A DNA stretch of 32,000 nucleotides from Nitrosococcus oceani ATCC 19707. GTDB lineage: Bacteria > Pseudomonadota > Gammaproteobacteria > Nitrosococcales > Nitrosococcaceae. Shown here piece after piece: positions 5,755-15,016 of the stretch. The DNA lies in contig NC_007484.1 in assembly GCF_000012805.1 (NCBI RefSeq), positions 1,770,001 to 1,802,000 on the forward strand, written 5' to 3'. The translations under genes and the position numbers were made by a program. Within the stretch, counting starts at the first letter, position 1. Each line of letters opens with the position of its first letter. The notes beneath the pieces are model-generated. The model was not told the DNA's origin, did not search any database, and worked only from the letters and a program-made list of their open reading frames with translations.

Positions 5755-6279
5755 GTGGCTCGGATTATGGTCCCCCCTTTCGGATCGATCCCCGTAATTA
5801 TCCCTTCCCTGATTTTAATTTTATTCCCTATGTTTTTTAAGCCTTTCAGAATTATTTTTTTTGCCACGGGTATTATTTTATGCTTTTACCCGGTAATTGC
5901 AGGATCGGGCGAAGGAAATACGATTGTGATAAAAGTTACGGGAATTGAACCAGTGGAAGGACAGGTGCAAATAGCCCTCTATAATGCTCCAGAGCGATGG
6001 CTAGAGGAATCCTTTGCCCATGCCACCATAGAAGTGAAAGGCCGGGAAGCCGAGTGGAGAGTAGAGGGCATTCCTGATGGAGCGTATGCAGTTGCGACTT
6101 TTCATGATCGCAATGGAAATGGCAAAGCGGATCGTAATTGGCTCGGCATACCTAAAGAAGCCTATGGCTTTTCAAATAATGTGAAGGCGGTTTTTAAGCC
6201 GCCTCAATGGAATAGGGTTAAATTTATCGTGGCGCGCCCGGTTACAGCAATTAGCATTGAGCTCGGTTACTGGAATTAA
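5755..6279 (+). CDS. DUF2141 domain-containing secreted protein
   Basis: The mature part, IVIKVTGIEPVEGQVQIALYN...YAVATFHDRNGNGKADRNWLGIPKEAYGFSNN, matches the DUF2141 signature. The start is uncertain: GTG 5755, ATG 5767, or ATG 5830. ATG 5830 gives a signal-peptide-like MFFKPFRIIFFATGIILCFYPVIAGS. Confidence 0.75.
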   Translation: MARIMVPPFGSIPVIIPSLILILFPMFFKPFRIIFFATGIILCFYPVIAGSGEGNTIVIKVTGIEPVEGQVQIALYNAPERWLEESFAHATIEVKGREAEWRVEGIPDGAYAVATFHDRNGNGKADRNWLGIPKEAYGFSNNVKAVFKPPQWNRVKFIVARPVTAISIELGYWN

Positions 6280-6323
6280 GAAATAGGAGCAGGGGATAAT
6301 TTCTTTAGAAGGATAGCCAGGCC

Positions 6324-7241
6324 CTACTTAAATTGCAGTACCCGTATTTTGCTTCCATGGAACGGCGGAGATTTCTCTTGGGATTCCAAAAAAACTTCCT
6401 CATCAAAAGCTTTATCGCCCTCTGGAAAAGGTGACTCCTGCTTTTGCAGCCCTTGGAAATTATAGAGGGTAGAGTCGGCCAGATGGGAAGGTTTGACATT
6501 TTGTAAAGCCCGGAACATCGTCTCCAAGCGACCAGGAAATTGTTTGTCCCAGGCTTTCATCATTGCTTTGATGGCTTGGCGTTGGAGGTTGGCTTGGGAG
6601 CCGCAGAGATTGCAAGGGATAATAGGAAAAGCTTTCAGGTGAGCGTAGGTTTCCAGATCTTTTTCCCGGCAATAGGCCAGAGGGCGGATCACGATATGTC
6701 TGCCATTATCGCTAAGCAATTTTGGTGGCATCCCCTTAAGGGTTCCCCCATGGAACATATTCAGAAAAAAAGTTTCGAGGATATCATCCCGGTGATGGCC
6801 CAAGGCAATTTTAGTGGCCCCCAACTCCTCGGCCGTTCCATATAAGATACCCCGCCGCAGGCGGGAGCAGAGAGAACAGGTTGTTTTACCCTCTGGAATG
6901 ACCCGCTTAACGACGCTATAGGTATCCTGCTCTACAATCCGGTAAGACACTCCTAGCGATTCCAGGTAGTGGGGAAGCACATGCTCGGGAAATCCCGGTT
7001 GTTTTTGGTCAAGATTAACGGCTATCAGATCAAACTTGACGGGGGCATGTTTTTGCAGGCTGAGTAGTATATCTAGCAGAGCATAGCTATCCTTTCCCCC
7101 GGATAGGCAGACCATGAGCCGATCTCCATCTTCGATCATATTGAAAGTCTCAATGGCCTGGCCCACCAGACGGCGCAGTCTTTTCTGGAGTTTGTTAGCG
7201 TTATATTGCGCTTTGCGGGACTGTTTGTTCACCAGCATCAC
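6324..7241 (-). CDS. ttcA: tRNA 2-thiocytidine(32) synthetase TtcA
   Basis: 305 aa. It has the PP-loop SGGKDS, the Cys motifs [10 protein letters not shown] and CNLCGSQ, and overall TtcA-like sequence ([42 protein letters not shown]). Confidence 0.9.
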
Positions 7242-7336
7242 CTTATTTTATTTCGAGGATGAGAGATTGTGTGCAAATTGGGGCAGGCATTTTATCTTGC
7301 TACTATGGAGAGAGTCACCAACTAAAGCTAAAACAG

Positions 7337-7483
7337 CTAGCTTAAACGTAGATAACCGGTGACTTCCTCCCGATCATGGTAGAGCTGCTTGAAGGTAAGC
7401 TCACAGGAAATTCCCGCCGTCTCTAGTTTCTCGGTTATCAAAAGCGCACATTGCTGCACTTCTTGATAACGCTTTTTCATAGG
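7337..7483 (-). pseudogene. rlmM: rlmM 3' fragment (last 48 codons), separated from the rest by an IS630 insertion
   Basis: The minus-strand translation is PMKKRYQEVQQCALLITEKLETAGISCELTFKQLYHDREEVTGYLRLS*. It continues the RlmM C-terminus directly after ...IFNLKL (E. coli RlmM has NLKLPMKKRYEEV...QLYHDREEVT). Confidence 0.85.
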
Positions 7484-7485
7484 TA

Positions 7486-8387
7486 TAGCTAAATCTATAA
7501 TTACTGATACGCTGCAACGATATTCTCAAGGGTTTCATGTTCGTTGTATTCTCTGATTTTTTTGATATTTCCGAAGTCTTTTTCTATGGGGTTAAAGTCA
7601 GGGGAATAAGGGGGGAGGAATAAAATTCCCGCCCCTGTTTTTTTGATGATTTCACGTGAAGAAACGGCTTTGTGGAACGGAGCATTATCCATGATGACAA
7701 TGTGGTTGCTGTTGAGCAAGGGGCAAAGCTCTTTTTCCAGCCATGCATTGAACACAGCCGTGTTACAGGTTCCCTCAAATAGAAACGGCGCTTCAAAGCC
7801 TTCATCCATACGGGCGGCCAATAAAGAGGTTCGCGGTCTGCGATGACCGGAGATCAGACCATAAACACGCCGCCCCTTTGGAGCGTAAGCGTAACGACGG
7901 GAAACCTCCGGCTCAAAACCGCTTTCATCAAGATAGACAAATCTTTTGCCGCGGCGGCGATAGCGTTCACGAAGGCGAAGAAAGCTCTTTCTTTTCATAT
8001 TACAGCGCTGCGTGTACCCCGTCATTTTTTTTACGGGTTAACCCCATTTTGTGCATCGCATGCCAAATACAGTAATACGAAACGCCAAAATGCCGGGCGC
8101 GTTCTTTATAGGTGAGAGCAGCCTTGTCTTCCACATGGACCCGTAAAGCCTCCCAGTCCAGCTTGTGTGAACGGCGAGGGCCGGGACGCTCGTAACACAG
8201 CGCATCATCCTGCGACAACCAGCGATAAATGCTCGCGCGGCCTACCTGAAATCTCCGGGCCGCTTCCGCCTTGCTTCCACCGCCCCTTACAAAATCGATT
8301 ACTCGTTTGCGCAAATCAATTGAACATCTCATCACAACAGTATGAATGAATATAACACAAATGTCTCAATATTTATAAATTTAGATA
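7486..8387 (-). mobile_element. IS630-family insertion sequence (902 bp), apparently intact, inserted in rlmM
   Basis: The imperfect terminal inverted repeats are TAGCTAAATCTATAATTACTG (from 7486) and the reverse complement of the 8387 end, TATCTAAATTTATAAATATTG. They match at 17/21 positions. The element is flanked by TA/TA (7484-7485 and 8388-8389). Removing the element and one TA restores the rlmM reading frame. Confidence 0.9.
7501..8335 (-). CDS. IS630-family DDE transposase encoded in two frames (HTH ORF 8000-8335, catalytic ORF 7501-8025), joined at an A8 run
   Basis: - ORF1 ends ...HKMGLTRKK, then runs out of frame.
- ORF2, in the +1 frame, reads MTGYTQRCNMKRKSFL...VYLDESGF...IVIMDNAPFH...YSPDFNPIE, a DD35E triad.
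- Dropping one A from the A8 run (+ strand T8 at 8026-8033) fuses both into a single ~280-aa protein.
- There are no internal stops. Confidence 0.85.
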
Positions 8388-9305
8388 TAGTTTCAGGTTA
8401 AAGATACATTGCCGGCACCACTTGTTAGCAAGCCATTTAGCCGCAAGTTGGGCTACCCGGCGCGGTTTTTCTACTATATCGCAGACCATCCAGTCTGCAA
8501 AATGTCGGGGTGTGTAATGGAACGCATCCGTTTGCCGGTGGTCCACGAGGCCGGATTCCAATAATGAAGGCGCGATTGCTCCATTGTCCACTGCCGTGAC
8601 GCGGATTCCCCGGCGCACCATCTGCCAGGTCCAGCCTCCTGGGGCCGCTCCCAAGTCCACCGCCTTCATGCCGGGCTGGAGCCATTTTCGCCGCTGGTCC
8701 GGTGTTAAAAAGACCTGCCAGGCTTCCTCTAATTTCAGGGTGGCGCGGCTTGGGGCGTTGGCTGGATGCTTCAAGCGGGGAATGCCCATGAACCAAGGCG
8801 ATGAATGGTGAGGGAAGGAAATGCCAGGATAGGCGGCAACCGAGCTTAGGAAAAAAATATGTGCCCGGGGGGCGGACAGATTTTTGCCATTCAATTTTCC
8901 CCGTTGCTCCAGGGTTTTGCGCAAAGGCTTGGAAAATTTGCGGCAAAAAGTTAATAATGCTTTGGCTTCATTGGTATCGGCGGTTTCTACCCAGAGTTCG
9001 GAGAACCGGTTAGCCTGGCTTTCCAGGGCAGCCATAAGGGGGGTGATCCGATCGGTCACGGGTAAATCCTTCAACAGGCCAGGGGAAATGAAAAGCTGGC
9101 GAGGGAAAATCAAATCAAGGGATCCTATCTGTTGGGCGAATCGCTCCGCTATATCCGCTTCATAGAGGGTAAATGCAATATAGCCGCTGCCGGGTTTAGC
9201 TCGGGCATGGCCCGCTAAGCCCTGTTGAATCACCCGCTCCTGCAGTTCAGCCGCGCATTCCCCTTCAAAACCAGCCCGGCAATAGGCGATCAGGCACTCT
9301 TCCAT
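8373..9305 (-). pseudogene. rlmM: rlmM 5' portion (23S rRNA C2498 2'-O-methyltransferase), truncated by IS630
   Basis: The N-terminus MEECLIAYCRAGFEGECAAELQERV, the SAM-binding region AVDLGAAPGGWTW, and WMVCDIVEKPRRVAQLAAKWLANKWCRQCIFNLKL all match RlmM. Native sequence ends at 8388. The last 4 codons (YLNL) and the stop come from the IS end. Confidence 0.85.
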
Positions 9306-9334
9306 TTTCCTACATAAATAGTTGCTTTCAGTCT

Positions 9335-10756
9335 CTATGATCTTACCAAGCTTCTAGCGACTTTTCCGAACAGTCGCAGCATGCCAAAAGCCAGTAGGCC
9401 CGCCAGAATGCCGGGCATCCCTTCGTAGAGGGCGTGATGGAAGCCCAGCCAGCGCCAGACTATGGCCACGCCGAGGCCCGCTCCTAAAATGATTAAGGCC
9501 TGCCGGTCCGTGGGCTGGCCGCCGAGAGTGTAAATCAATAATAAAGGCACAAAAGCTGATGCCAGGAAGGAGAGAGACAAAATCACCAACGTAAACACGC
9601 TTTCGTTGCTGCTCAAAGCAATGGCTAAGGCTAGGGCCGTTACCACGACCGTGGCCAGCTTTATCTTGCCCATATTCTCAAATTGGTGGGGCAGTAAATC
9701 ATGGGTAAGGGCCGCTGAACAAGATAATATCAAGGAATCCGCCGTGGACATGGTGGCTGCAAAAATACCGGCCAGGATCAATCCTACCAGCATATCAGGT
9801 AATAGTTGCAGGGCCATGGTGGGCAGGGCCAGTTCCGGGTCAAAGTTCTGTGCTTCTGGTAAATACACCCGGGAGAGCATGCCCACGCCTGTGGCCAACA
9901 GGTAGAATAGGGTATACCAGAGATAATAATAGAGCCGCGCCCGGGCCATATGGCTAGGATTATCCAGGGCCATAAAACGGATCATGATGTGGGGCTGGCC
10001 CACCACGGAAAAACCACCAAAAAACCAGCCCAGAGCAAAAAAGGCAAGCCCCGCCATCCCTGGAATCAGCGTATCTGCGGGGGACCAGTCCAGAAAGCCT
10101 TTGATTTTACCCATTTCTCCCCAGGCGCCTTGCGGGCCCCCCAAAGCCATGACGGCCGCGTAAAGCAAGGTCAGCATGGCGCCGAACATGACAAAGGATT
10201 GGGCGGCATCCGTCCAGATGGAAGCACGGATGCCGCCGGCAAAGCAATAACCCACTACTAGCACCGCGCCGATCACTGCGCCCGCGTAGAAAGGCCAGTC
10301 GAATAATACATGCAGGGCCTTACTGCCAGCATTTAGCTGAGCTGCCGCGTAGATACCCAGAAAAATGACCGTGAGAAGGCCTGCTATTCGCCGCAGTCCC
10401 GCCAATTCGGCGCCATACCACTGACTCAGCACGCCCCCATAGGTGACCTCGCCGGTGCGAACCGTGGCTTCCCGCAGATGCCGATGCACCAATTGGGAGG
10501 CGATAAAGTCCCCCAGAATCCAGCCGATCACCAGCCATAGCGACGCCAAACCGGTCAGATAGGTGTAACCGATAACCCCGATAAACATGTAGCCGCTGTT
10601 GTTAGTGGCGACCGCCGATAAACCCACTAGCCAAGGTTTTACCGAATTGTTGGCCATATAGTAATCATGGCGGGTGCCTTGGGACTTGCGTGCCGACAAC
10701 AAACCAACTCCCGCAAAAATCGCTAAAAAGAATAAAAAATTGAGGACGATGATCAT
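9335..10756 (-). CDS. Sodium:solute symporter family (SSF, PutP-like) transporter
   Basis: 473 aa from ATG 10756 (MIIVLNFLFFLAIFAGVGLL...). It is polytopic and hydrophobic throughout, with SSF-like motifs (ATNNSGYMFIG, GGIRASIWTDAAQ). The track ORF start at 10864 reads through the miniature IS and was rejected. Confidence 0.8.
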   Translation of the reverse strand: MIIVLNFLFFLAIFAGVGLLSARKSQGTRHDYYMANNSVKPWLVGLSAVATNNSGYMFIGVIGYTYLTGLASLWLVIGWILGDFIASQLVHRHLREATVRTGEVTYGGVLSQWYGAELAGLRRIAGLLTVIFLGIYAAAQLNAGSKALHVLFDWPFYAGAVIGAVLVVGYCFAGGIRASIWTDAAQSFVMFGAMLTLLYAAVMALGGPQGAWGEMGKIKGFLDWSPADTLIPGMAGLAFFALGWFFGGFSVVGQPHIMIRFMALDNPSHMARARLYYYLWYTLFYLLATGVGMLSRVYLPEAQNFDPELALPTMALQLLPDMLVGLILAGIFAATMSTADSLILSCSAALTHDLLPHQFENMGKIKLATVVVTALALAIALSSNESVFTLVILSLSFLASAFVPLLLIYTLGGQPTDRQALIILGAGLGVAIVWRWLGFHHALYEGMPGILAGLLAFGMLRLFGKVARSLVRS

Positions 10757-10787
10757 GGGGCTATTCCTAAAATTAAAATAATTAACC

Positions 10788-10961
10788 TTGAAGGAGTACA
10801 GGGATATACGAGGAGCCCCTAGCGAGAATGCGAAATGAAGTGGTGCATCGAGCGCGAGGGCCAAGTGTCATGCCTTCGTCGAGGATCGCTGAGAACTGCG
10901 AATTCTCCAGGCGGATGAAGTTTTGTAGGAATAACATTGAAATCAGTCATGGCGAAATCCA
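10788..10961 (+). mobile_element. Miniature cargo-less derivative (left end + right end) of the tnpB element (PATE/MITE-like)
   Basis: 10788-10867 is 65/80 identical, ungapped, to the left end at 3841-3920. 10868-10961 aligns to 5250-5351. Shared blocks there are CGTC(C)GAGGA, GCGAATT and AGTCATGGCGAAA, ending in TCCA. There is no ORF. It is in the same orientation as the full element. Confidence 0.7.
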
Positions 10962-10972
10962 TCTTCCTTCAT

Positions 10973-10998
10973 GGCGGGATGCGCTTCTCTTTCCCGCC
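10973..10998 (-). terminator. Hairpin downstream of the hybrid kinase gene (terminator candidate)
   Basis: GGCGGGA (10973-10979) pairs with TCCCGCC (10992-10998) across a 12-nt loop, 8 nt after the stop of the 11006-14674 gene. There is no clear U-tract. Confidence 0.3.
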
Positions 10999-11005
10999 CT
11001 ACGGA

Positions 11006-14000
11006 TCAAAGTTCCCGCAAGACTTCTTGTAAGGTTTCTATGGTGACTGGTTTGAGGAGATGACGATTAAAGCCGGCCGCCTTGGCCCGTTGCACGTCAT
11101 TATCCTGGCCGTAGCCGGTCAGGGCCACCAGAGGAAGAGTTTCCAGGCCCGGTTCCTGGCGCAGCCGCTGGGCGACCTGATAGCCATCCATATCTGGTAG
11201 ACCAATATCCAGAAGCACCACCTCCGGGTAGAACTTGAGCACCGCGTTAAAGGTCTGGTTGCCCCGGCAGATAGTCTGCACCTCATGGCCTTGGAGCCGC
11301 AGCAACATCGCCAGGGAATCGGCCACCGCTTCGTCGTCCTCAACCAGCAGGATGCGGCGGGGCGGGGTTGTGGTTTCAGCCTCCGGGAGGACCTCCTGTG
11401 GGGTCGGCGGGCCGGTTTGTTCCCCCGGCAGGGCCGGTAAACGCAACGTGAATTCACTGCCCTGACCAGGGCCGGCACTGAATCCCTCCAAGCTGCCCTG
11501 GTGGAGTTCCGCCAGCCTGCGGGCCAGGTTCAGGCCCAGGCCCAGGCCCGAGCGGTGATGAGCGACAGCGGATGGCAAGCGGTCGAAGGGTTGGAACAGT
11601 TGCGGCAACTGCTCTGGGGCGAATCCGATCCCGGTATCCCGCACCTGGATAAGGATTTGTTCCTCCACCTGGCGCGCCGTGACCGTAATGTTGCCTTCTG
11701 GCTTGGTGTAGTGGGCCGCGTTGCTCAATAAATTGGCTATGATTTGGGTCAGTCGCTCCGAGTCCGCCTCTAGGTAGAGGGGGGAGGCGGGCAAATCCAC
11801 TGCCAGTTGATGGCGGCCCCACTCGATCTGCGGGCGCGTCTGGTCAATGGCGTCCGTGATGCTGTCCCGCAATTCCAGGGTCGTTTTATTTAGTTTAATT
11901 TGGCCGCTATTGACGCGGGTCAGATTTAACAGATCATCCACCAAGCGCCCCAGGTGTTTTGCCTGACGGCCGATAAGGGCGATCCCATGCTGGGCATCGC
12001 GGGTTGCCCCGCTCTCCCGGATGAGTAGTTCGGTTGTATTGAAAATGACTGCTAAGGGATTGCGCAGTTCGTGCCCTAATAGGGCGAGAAACTCGTCTTT
12101 TTGTCGGTCTTGTGCTTGCAACCGCTTGGTTTGTTGGCTCAATTTCTGGGTGAGGTGCTGTTGCCTCTCCTCGTTTTCCTTGCGGTGGGAAATATCCACG
12201 AAGGTGACGATCAGGCCAATAACATCCTCCTCCGGGTTTCGATAGGGATGGATGCGTACCAGGTACCAGGGTCCTTGCTGGTGTCTGAGTTCCCGCTCGA
12301 TGGGCATAAGAGTATGCAGCACGCGGCGAGTGTCCGCTTCGAACTGGTTGTAGGTAAGGCGATCAGTGAAATCGGTAATGGGCCGGCCGTAATCGTGGGT
12401 AGTGATGGGGAACAGCTTGGTGACCGGCGGCGTGAAGCGGTGGATATTCAATTGGCGGTCGAGAAACAGGGTGCCGATTCCCGTGGAGGCCAGGAGGTTT
12501 TCCATATCACTGCGGGCCCGGGAGGTTTCCTCAAGTTTGGTCTTGAGCTCGTTATTGACCGTATGGAGCTCCTCATTGATACTTTGAAGTTCCTCTTTAC
12601 TGGTTTCTAGCTCCTCGGCGGTGGAGCGGTATTCCTCGTTGAGGCTTTGGAGTTCTTCGTTGGCCGCCCGGAGATTTTCGCTGTCCGTTTCGGCCTGCTT
12701 CTGTCTCGCGTGGAGTTGCATGCGTGCTTGCTGCAACTCCTCCTGGAGATGGTGCGCCAGGGGGAACGATGCGGTCTCCTCGGATAGGGCTTGTTCCACG
12801 GAAGACGACTCCTCATCCCCCTCCAGGAATATCACCAGGGCGATTTTTTCCTGGTCCGCCGCCGCCCGTCGGGGCTGCGCTAGGACCGCCACCTGCCGGG
12901 GTGTTCCGTTGAAGGGGATGGGCGTGAAGGGGGAGAGGCTGGGCTTGTTCTTTTCGAAGGCATGGTAGAGGGCCATGCTTAGGGCGGCTTGCAGGGCCGG
13001 GCGCACCAGCGTCATGATCTCCTGGCTAGGAGATCCGCCAGCGGGCTGGAGGAAACGCCCCACGTTATTCGAGAGATGGAGCACCTGGTGGCGCTCGTTC
13101 ACCAGGAGACTGGGGGGGGCGAATTCTTCCAGGAGTTGGCGGTGGACATGGGCGGAGGTAGGGACCGGAGACTCGGACAATGGAATAAGTGTCCGAGTCC
13201 GGTCAGGCACGGCAAATAGAGAGGGGATCGGCGGCCTTTGGCCCAGAGTTTGCTGCGCTTGGAAGAGATAATGGGATGGCTCGATGGTCCGAAAGTTTTC
13301 CCCCTCGGCGCTCTCGGCGTTGCCGAGAAAGAGGTAGCCCCCTCGGCGCAGCCCGTAGTGCATGATATCAAAGGCCTGGTCCTGCAAGTCCTGGTCGAGA
13401 TAGATCAGCAGATTACGGCAAGAGATGAGGTCGAGACGGGAGAAGGGGGGGGCCTGCAACAGGCTGTGGACGGCAAAGAGAACACAGTCACGGACTTCCC
13501 CTATGAGGCGGTAGTGGTTGCCTTCCGCCCGGAAGTACCGGCGCAGGCGTGCATCGGTGAGATCGGCCTTGATGGCGGAGGGGTAGTAACCTGCTCGAGC
13601 TGTGGCCAGGGCCCCTTTGTCCAAGTCGGTGGCAAAGATTTGGATATCGGTGGGCGGCACCCCCCGCCGCCCGGCTTCTTCCAGCAGCAGAATCGCCAGG
13701 GTGTAGGCTTCCTCGCCTGTGGCGCAACCGGGCACCCAGGCCCGCAGCGGGGTGTCCGCCGCTTTTTCCTCGAATAGCCGGGGGATGATCTGCTTGCTGA
13801 GCGTTTCCCACGCTTCCGGGTCCCGGAAGAAGGCGGTGACCGAGACTAGGAATTCTTCAAAGAGGGCCTGGGACTCTTCCGGAGTTTGGCGGAGAAAATT
13901 AAGGTAGTCGTTCAGGGTCCGCTGGTGCTGGATTTGCATCCGGCGGGCCAAGCGGCGCAGTATGGTGGGGCGTTTATACTTAGAAAAATCATAGCCTTGC

Positions 14001-14674
14001 TTCCTTTGCAGATGGGCAAAGATGCTCTTGAGTAGAGAATCCTTGTTCTGAATCTGCGTCTCGTCCGCGAGTTTTTCGTAAATATGGCGCTTACCTTCAA
14101 TCAGCTCGGGCAGACGCTGGGCCAATTGCCGCGTGGGAAGCACGAAGTCGACTATCCCGGTGGCCATGGCGGCCCGGGGCATGCCGTCGAAGCGGGCCTC
14201 GGTGGGGAGTTGCACCAGGATAAGGCCCCCTTGCTCCTTGATGGCCTTGACGCCGACAGCGCCGTCCGAGCCGCTGCCGGAGAGAATAATAGCGAAGCCG
14301 TCGCCGTATTGCTTGGCCAGTGAACGGAAGAACGTATCAATAGGCGCTCGTTGTCCCTGCGGTTGCTCGAAGGGGAAGGCGCCTATATGGCTGTCCGTAA
14401 GCTCGAGTTGTTGGTTGGGAGAAATGACATAGACATGGTTCGGCTCAAGCGCGCAGTTGCCCTGCACTTCCTCCACCGGCATGGGGGTCTTCCGGGCGAG
14501 GATGGACGCTAGCTCGCTGCGGTACTCCGGGTCAAGGTGAATAATGACTACAAAGGCGACTCCCATCTTCTCGGGCAGGGCTTCAAAGAATGTCTCTAAG
14601 GCTTCGATGCCGCCGGCGGAGGCGCCGATGCCCACAATGGAGAATGGTGGAGAATCCGGCTTTTTAAGCCTCAT
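11006..14674 (-). CDS. CheB-methylesterase / CheR-methyltransferase / PAS / coiled-coil / PAS / HisKA-HATPase / receiver hybrid sensor kinase
   Basis: 1222 aa. The domains read by eye are:
- CheB-like: IVGIGASAGGIEALETFF...GSGSDGAVG.
- CheR SAM site: LRAWVPGCATGEEAYTLAILL.
- A long Glu/Leu coiled coil.
- H-box: FLALLGHELRNPL.
- ATPase G-boxes: DTGIGF and GLGLGL.
- C-terminal receiver: ILLVEDDEAVA...LLDIGLPDMDGY...K. Confidence 0.9.
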   Translation of the reverse strand: MRLKKPDSPPFSIVGIGASAGGIEALETFFEALPEKMGVAFVVIIHLDPEYRSELASILARKTPMPVEEVQGNCALEPNHVYVISPNQQLELTDSHIGAFPFEQPQGQRAPIDTFFRSLAKQYGDGFAIILSGSGSDGAVGVKAIKEQGGLILVQLPTEARFDGMPRAAMATGIVDFVLPTRQLAQRLPELIEGKRHIYEKLADETQIQNKDSLLKSIFAHLQRKQGYDFSKYKRPTILRRLARRMQIQHQRTLNDYLNFLRQTPEESQALFEEFLVSVTAFFRDPEAWETLSKQIIPRLFEEKAADTPLRAWVPGCATGEEAYTLAILLLEEAGRRGVPPTDIQIFATDLDKGALATARAGYYPSAIKADLTDARLRRYFRAEGNHYRLIGEVRDCVLFAVHSLLQAPPFSRLDLISCRNLLIYLDQDLQDQAFDIMHYGLRRGGYLFLGNAESAEGENFRTIEPSHYLFQAQQTLGQRPPIPSLFAVPDRTRTLIPLSESPVPTSAHVHRQLLEEFAPPSLLVNERHQVLHLSNNVGRFLQPAGGSPSQEIMTLVRPALQAALSMALYHAFEKNKPSLSPFTPIPFNGTPRQVAVLAQPRRAAADQEKIALVIFLEGDEESSSVEQALSEETASFPLAHHLQEELQQARMQLHARQKQAETDSENLRAANEELQSLNEEYRSTAEELETSKEELQSINEELHTVNNELKTKLEETSRARSDMENLLASTGIGTLFLDRQLNIHRFTPPVTKLFPITTHDYGRPITDFTDRLTYNQFEADTRRVLHTLMPIERELRHQQGPWYLVRIHPYRNPEEDVIGLIVTFVDISHRKENEERQQHLTQKLSQQTKRLQAQDRQKDEFLALLGHELRNPLAVIFNTTELLIRESGATRDAQHGIALIGRQAKHLGRLVDDLLNLTRVNSGQIKLNKTTLELRDSITDAIDQTRPQIEWGRHQLAVDLPASPLYLEADSERLTQIIANLLSNAAHYTKPEGNITVTARQVEEQILIQVRDTGIGFAPEQLPQLFQPFDRLPSAVAHHRSGLGLGLNLARRLAELHQGSLEGFSAGPGQGSEFTLRLPALPGEQTGPPTPQEVLPEAETTTPPRRILLVEDDEAVADSLAMLLRLQGHEVQTICRGNQTFNAVLKFYPEVVLLDIGLPDMDGYQVAQRLRQEPGLETLPLVALTGYGQDNDVQRAKAAGFNRHLLKPVTIETLQEVLREL

Positions 14675-14931
14675 AGATAAAATTCCTTGCCTTACTTCTG
14701 GATGGGCCCATTAAAGTAAAGGACTGAGCGTTTAAAATTCTGCTCTGTGACGCAAAAAAGCGCAGGTCCCGCGTTGAAAACAGTATAGTCGGCTCTTGGG
14801 GGACATGCCGGAGAGCCAGAAGAGCCATTCTTTTGCCTTGCATTATTGCGCCCAGAAATCGGCTTATAGGCGGGTCATTAAGGAAGGCGCTGCTTAGCGC
14901 GTAGGTAGTAGGCGGGAAAGCGAGAGCGCAT

Positions 14932-14973
14932 CTCGCCTTCAGGGGCGAGCAGGGGCCTATTCCATAGGCCCCT
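14932..14973 (-). terminator. Tandem hairpins downstream of the STAS gene
   Basis: AGGGGCCTAT-TCC-ATAGGCCCCT is a perfect 10-bp stem at 14951-14973. CTCGCC-N6-GGCGAG lies next to it at 14932-14949. Both follow the 15017 stop on the minus strand. There is no U-tract, so function as a terminator is uncertain. Confidence 0.3.
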
Positions 14974-15016
14974 AGCAAACCCTCAGTACAGCTGGCGAGG
15001 GCCCTGCTTCCTTGAG

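Noticed and set aside
10757-10864. Upstream extension of the symporter ORF (MALALDAPLHFAFSLG...)
   Set aside because: The extension is a translation of the miniature IS left end. The same peptide-like string (LALALDAPLRFA) appears in the antisense ORF over the full element. The hydrophobic transporter sequence starts at ATG 10756.
11119-14432. Many 60-180-aa ORFs on both strands inside the hybrid kinase gene (e.g. 12101-12610, 13238-13777, 11454-11822)
   Set aside because: These are alternative or antisense frames of a GC-rich 3.7-kb gene whose own frame has clear domain motifs throughout. Their compositions are Arg/Gly/Pro-biased.
14664-14978. 104-aa minus-strand ORF in the STAS-kinase intergenic region
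   Set aside because: It overlaps the kinase start codon region, has no SD or motifs, and spans the hairpin structures. It is more likely non-coding leader.
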